DNA of 54,501 nt, counting the filler, from Barthelona sp. PAP020 (lineage: Eukaryota), in the NCBI GenBank assembly GCA_040182905.1. It is 2 parts of 2 records of this genome, joined end to end, with 100 filler letters (N's around TTAATTAATTAA, not from the genome) between each part and the next. Parts side by side here need not be neighbours in the genome. Positions count along the whole stretch, not along the records: positions 27,500 to 54,501 come from JARQWU010000132.1; 1 more part is not named here. One strand, 5' to 3'. The position numbers and the translations under genes were made by a program. Under the pieces are notes generated by a model. That model was not told the DNA's origin. It saw only the letters and a list, made by a program, of their open reading frames with translations, and made no database searches. Each line of letters starts with the position of its first letter. Position 1 is the first letter of the stretch. This document shows, in pieces, positions 51,718 to 54,501 of this stretch.

Positions 51718-51766
51718 TGACCAAAAATTTAAAAAAATAAAAATAAATAAAATAAAATAAAATTTT

Positions 51767-52588
51767 TTATCTTTCAAAATTCAACCACATTTCCATATCC
51801 AATGGAGAATCAACAATAGGGTCTTTACCATCAAAGTTTTTTCTACGTTCCATTTCATTTCGAACTTCTTTTGGTATGATGGATATGGTTTCTTCTTTGA
51901 CTCTTTCAGCATCATGTTGAGAATGATACTCAGTAAAGCTTCTCATCAATTCATTTTCTTCAAGAAATTCTCTCACATTCATTTCATCCTCATATTGCAA
52001 CAAACTCTTCTGAATATCATTTTGTTTCTGAAACGATTTTAATAACTTCATCGCATCTTCTATTGATGGTGTTTCTGTACCTTCAGGTGTCAATAAAGCA
52101 GAAGGAATACCGTAATCAATTAAAACATCACCTAGATCTGGAACAATTTCAAGACAGCGATTTCTACGAATTATCGAAGCAACATACAATGCATTATGAT
52201 GTCTTTTTGCTTTTTTTAAAAACATAAATAATTGAGCAATCTTTAATATGACTAAAATACTGTTACAAGGAAATTTGAGAAACTCATCAATAGAATGATA
52301 TGTTTTATGATTAAAATAAGTCACTAATAGATCTTCAATAACATAAATAATTTGTTTAGATGATAAAATACTTGCTTTACCAATCTCAAAACCAATAAAT
52401 TTGACAAAATTATAAAAATATGAACTGAAATCCATCATGGCAAATAGATATAACTCTAAAAGATACTCAGGATCGCCTTGTTTCAATTTTTTTGAAATAA
52501 TTGGCCTTGAATATCCTAAAATTTTTAATTCAGTTTCTATTCTGTCACAAATTAACGTTTGTGTTGTTATTATTTTTTCATTATTCAT
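51767..52588 (-). CDS. CEP44: CEP44-like centrosomal protein
   Basis: ELKILGYS...LKQGDPEYLL...AMMDFSSYF...LLVTYFNHK...SIDEFL resembles the CEP44 N-terminal domain (VLRLLNYP...IKGDPAASL...SFTSYSPYV...LLRDQFNYK...TKKQFI). Confidence 0.7.
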   Translation of the reverse strand: MNNEKIITTQTLICDRIETELKILGYSRPIISKKLKQGDPEYLLELYLFAMMDFSSYFYNFVKFIGFEIGKASILSSKQIIYVIEDLLVTYFNHKTYHSIDEFLKFPCNSILVILKIAQLFMFLKKAKRHHNALYVASIIRRNRCLEIVPDLGDVLIDYGIPSALLTPEGTETPSIEDAMKLLKSFQKQNDIQKSLLQYEDEMNVREFLEENELMRSFTEYHSQHDAERVKEETISIIPKEVRNEMERRKNFDGKDPIVDSPLDMEMWLNFER

Positions 52589-52693
52589 TCAAAACATTAA
52601 GGTCAATATATAATTTGAAAGCAAAAAAAAATGAAGATCTGCCAAATGAAAAGATGAAAAGTGTTTTTTTTCAAAAATCGAAACCATTGTCCA

Positions 52694-54340
52694 ATGATTT
52701 CTTCACATGTTACGAATGATAATGTAATTGTACAAGAAGTCATTCAAAAAGTTGCAGAGAATATTTCTGTTGAAGATTCTTCTGATGAAATAATCAATAA
52801 TCTGAAGAAATTGACATTAAAAAGTTATAATGAGGCGATTGAAAATAATGAACTGTATGATTCATTGAAATATGTTGAGAAATTATTGATAATTGAACCA
52901 AAAAATAAGTTATTTTTACAAATGAAGGCGAATAGTTACATGATGTTATATGATTTATCATCAGCCATTGCTGTGTATCGATTATTGTTGAGTTTAGAAG
53001 AAGAAAGAAATAGAAAGAATATTATTTCTCGAATTTGTTTACTAATTTCTTTTCAAGGTAAAGAATATATTGCAAATAGACAATTTGAGCTAGCTATTGA
53101 TTCTTTTATGGAGATAATTCGACTAGAAAATACTAACCCGGAGTGGTTATGTCTTTTGATTGAATGCTATGTTAAATTAGACCGTTGGAATGATGTACAT
53201 TTATTGGTTAAAGAGTATACTGCAATTTTGAATGAATATCCCAAAGGATTGATACTTTTAGGGTTTATTTCTTTGATGGAAACTAAAATTGAAGAAGCTG
53301 TTGAGTATTTTAAACACTGTATTGAAATAGATGCTAACAATAAATTGGCAAAAACCTTTTTGGAAAGAATTAAAAAATTGGGAAGTCATTTTTCTGGGAA
53401 ATCTGCTATTCTTGCGCTGAGTGGAAATTATGAGGATGCTATTATGGAAGTTGATGCTGGACTTGCTTCAGTTGAAAATTCTTATCAACTTGTTGTAAAA
53501 AAAGCATTAATTCATAGAAAATTTGGAGATTACAATAAGGCAATTCAATGTTTACTTGATGCAAGGCAATTGATTGCTAACATGAATATTTCGAAGGATA
53601 ATTTTATTAAAGCTGATGAGGAAGTGAAGACACAGTTAGCAATAACAAATAATCTTGCTGCATTGTATCAAATTCATCAAGGATCAAAAGATAAAGGTCT
53701 TTTTCATCTCAATCAAGCAATTAAATGGAAATTTCTTCCTGAAATTCTGCTAAATCGTGCTCTATTAAAAATTGAAAACGATCATTATGACGCAGCTCAA
53801 GGAGATTTAGAAGAAGCTCAGAAATTGTTCGAAAAACAAATTAATGAATTACCGGGTATTAATAATAACGCAAATATTCTCGCAAAAGATGTAAAAGGTT
53901 CTAATCAAGTACAAATGCAAAAAACAATAAGTATCATACCAGACATAATCAAAAAAGAATATGATATCTTGATTGATAATTTGAACAAAACAAAAAAATA
54001 TTTAAGCCTCACATTTTACCACAGTGGTCGGAATTTTTTCAACGAATCTGAGTATTCAGCTGCAATATACGATTTTTCAAAAGCCATTGAGTTAGATGAT
54101 TCAAATTTTCACTATTATGAAGCAAGGGCCAATTGTTACATCTTGTTAGAAAAGTTTGATTCTGCGATTGAAGATCTAAACTGTATTTTAAGGCATAGTC
54201 CATACAATCAAAAAATTTTGCTTTTAAAATCTCAACTAACCGGTAATGATTATGATCCTTATCTTTTAAAAAGTTTCAATAGTTCCATTCTTTCCGATAC
54301 TTTGAAAAAAGAGTTGAATTATGTGAATGTTGGATTATAA
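52694..54340 (+). CDS. TTC16: TPR-repeat protein, TTC16-like
   Basis: Multiple TPRs. KANSYMMLYDLSSAI, RICLLISFQG, QLAITNNLA and FSKAIELD...YYEARA resemble TTC16. The first ATG is at 52694. Confidence 0.7.
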   Translation: MISSHVTNDNVIVQEVIQKVAENISVEDSSDEIINNLKKLTLKSYNEAIENNELYDSLKYVEKLLIIEPKNKLFLQMKANSYMMLYDLSSAIAVYRLLLSLEEERNRKNIISRICLLISFQGKEYIANRQFELAIDSFMEIIRLENTNPEWLCLLIECYVKLDRWNDVHLLVKEYTAILNEYPKGLILLGFISLMETKIEEAVEYFKHCIEIDANNKLAKTFLERIKKLGSHFSGKSAILALSGNYEDAIMEVDAGLASVENSYQLVVKKALIHRKFGDYNKAIQCLLDARQLIANMNISKDNFIKADEEVKTQLAITNNLAALYQIHQGSKDKGLFHLNQAIKWKFLPEILLNRALLKIENDHYDAAQGDLEEAQKLFEKQINELPGINNNANILAKDVKGSNQVQMQKTISIIPDIIKKEYDILIDNLNKTKKYLSLTFYHSGRNFFNESEYSAAIYDFSKAIELDDSNFHYYEARANCYILLEKFDSAIEDLNCILRHSPYNQKILLLKSQLTGNDYDPYLLKSFNSSILSDTLKKELNYVNVGL

Positions 54341-54501
54341 ATTTTCCTTTAATTTGTTGATTTGTGTGGCAGTAAAAAAACAAAGCCAAAATTGGTTGAT
54401 GGACTTAGATCAATCTGAAAAGTGTGGCTTTGAACAGGGAAGAGAAAAAAAGGGCGAAGAGAATTTATTGGTGCTTTACTAAGTTATTGATGAGCTTTAA
54501 A

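Noticed and set aside
1..54501. tRNA, rRNA, CRISPR arrays, transposase or reverse-transcriptase genes, and stop-codon reassignment
   Set aside because: None was recognisable by eye, and conserved genes are uninterrupted and end in TAA, TAG or TGA. A covariance-model scan would be needed to exclude divergent small RNAs.

Overview
Strongly AT-rich, gene-dense, nearly intron-free eukaryotic nuclear DNA. The centriole/flagellum genes point to a flagellated protist, possibly a metamonad-type lineage, but that assignment is inference only. The standard genetic code is used, with TAA, TAG and TGA all acting as stops. The window is two contigs joined by an artificial N44-TTAATTAATTAA-N44 spacer (27400-27499). 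Contig 1 carries xanthine dehydrogenase, a half-size ABCA transporter, PNO1, DTL/Cdt2, an LPCAT-type acyltransferase, a 2013-aa ankyrin protein, an ASH2-like SPRY protein, AMMECR1, a WD40 paralogue, a FAM177-like gene, ARL8, CHMP1, a truncated kinesin and several orphans. Contig 2 carries a Sep15/SELENOF-like Cys homologue, an SLC35/DMT transporter, a 5595-aa dynein-heavy-chain-like protein, YjbQ, a second WD40 paralogue, a CEP44-like gene and a TTC16-like gene. Five observations stand out: (1) a giant pseudo-dynein with the full domain order but degenerate P-loops and two inserted IQ motifs; (2) short 5'-proximal introns with a GTTTGT donor that the ORF track misses, one of them needed to give Cdt2 a start codon; (3) a WD40 family with variable propellers and a conserved unknown C-terminal tail; (4) dispersed hairpin-rich non-coding repeats shared between the window start, the start of contig 2 and 51.4-51.7 kb; (5) every minus-strand gene sits head-to-head with a plus-strand gene, with spacers as short as 70-75 bp and TCA motifs next to the ATG. 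All family calls come from motif recognition by eye; no database search was run.
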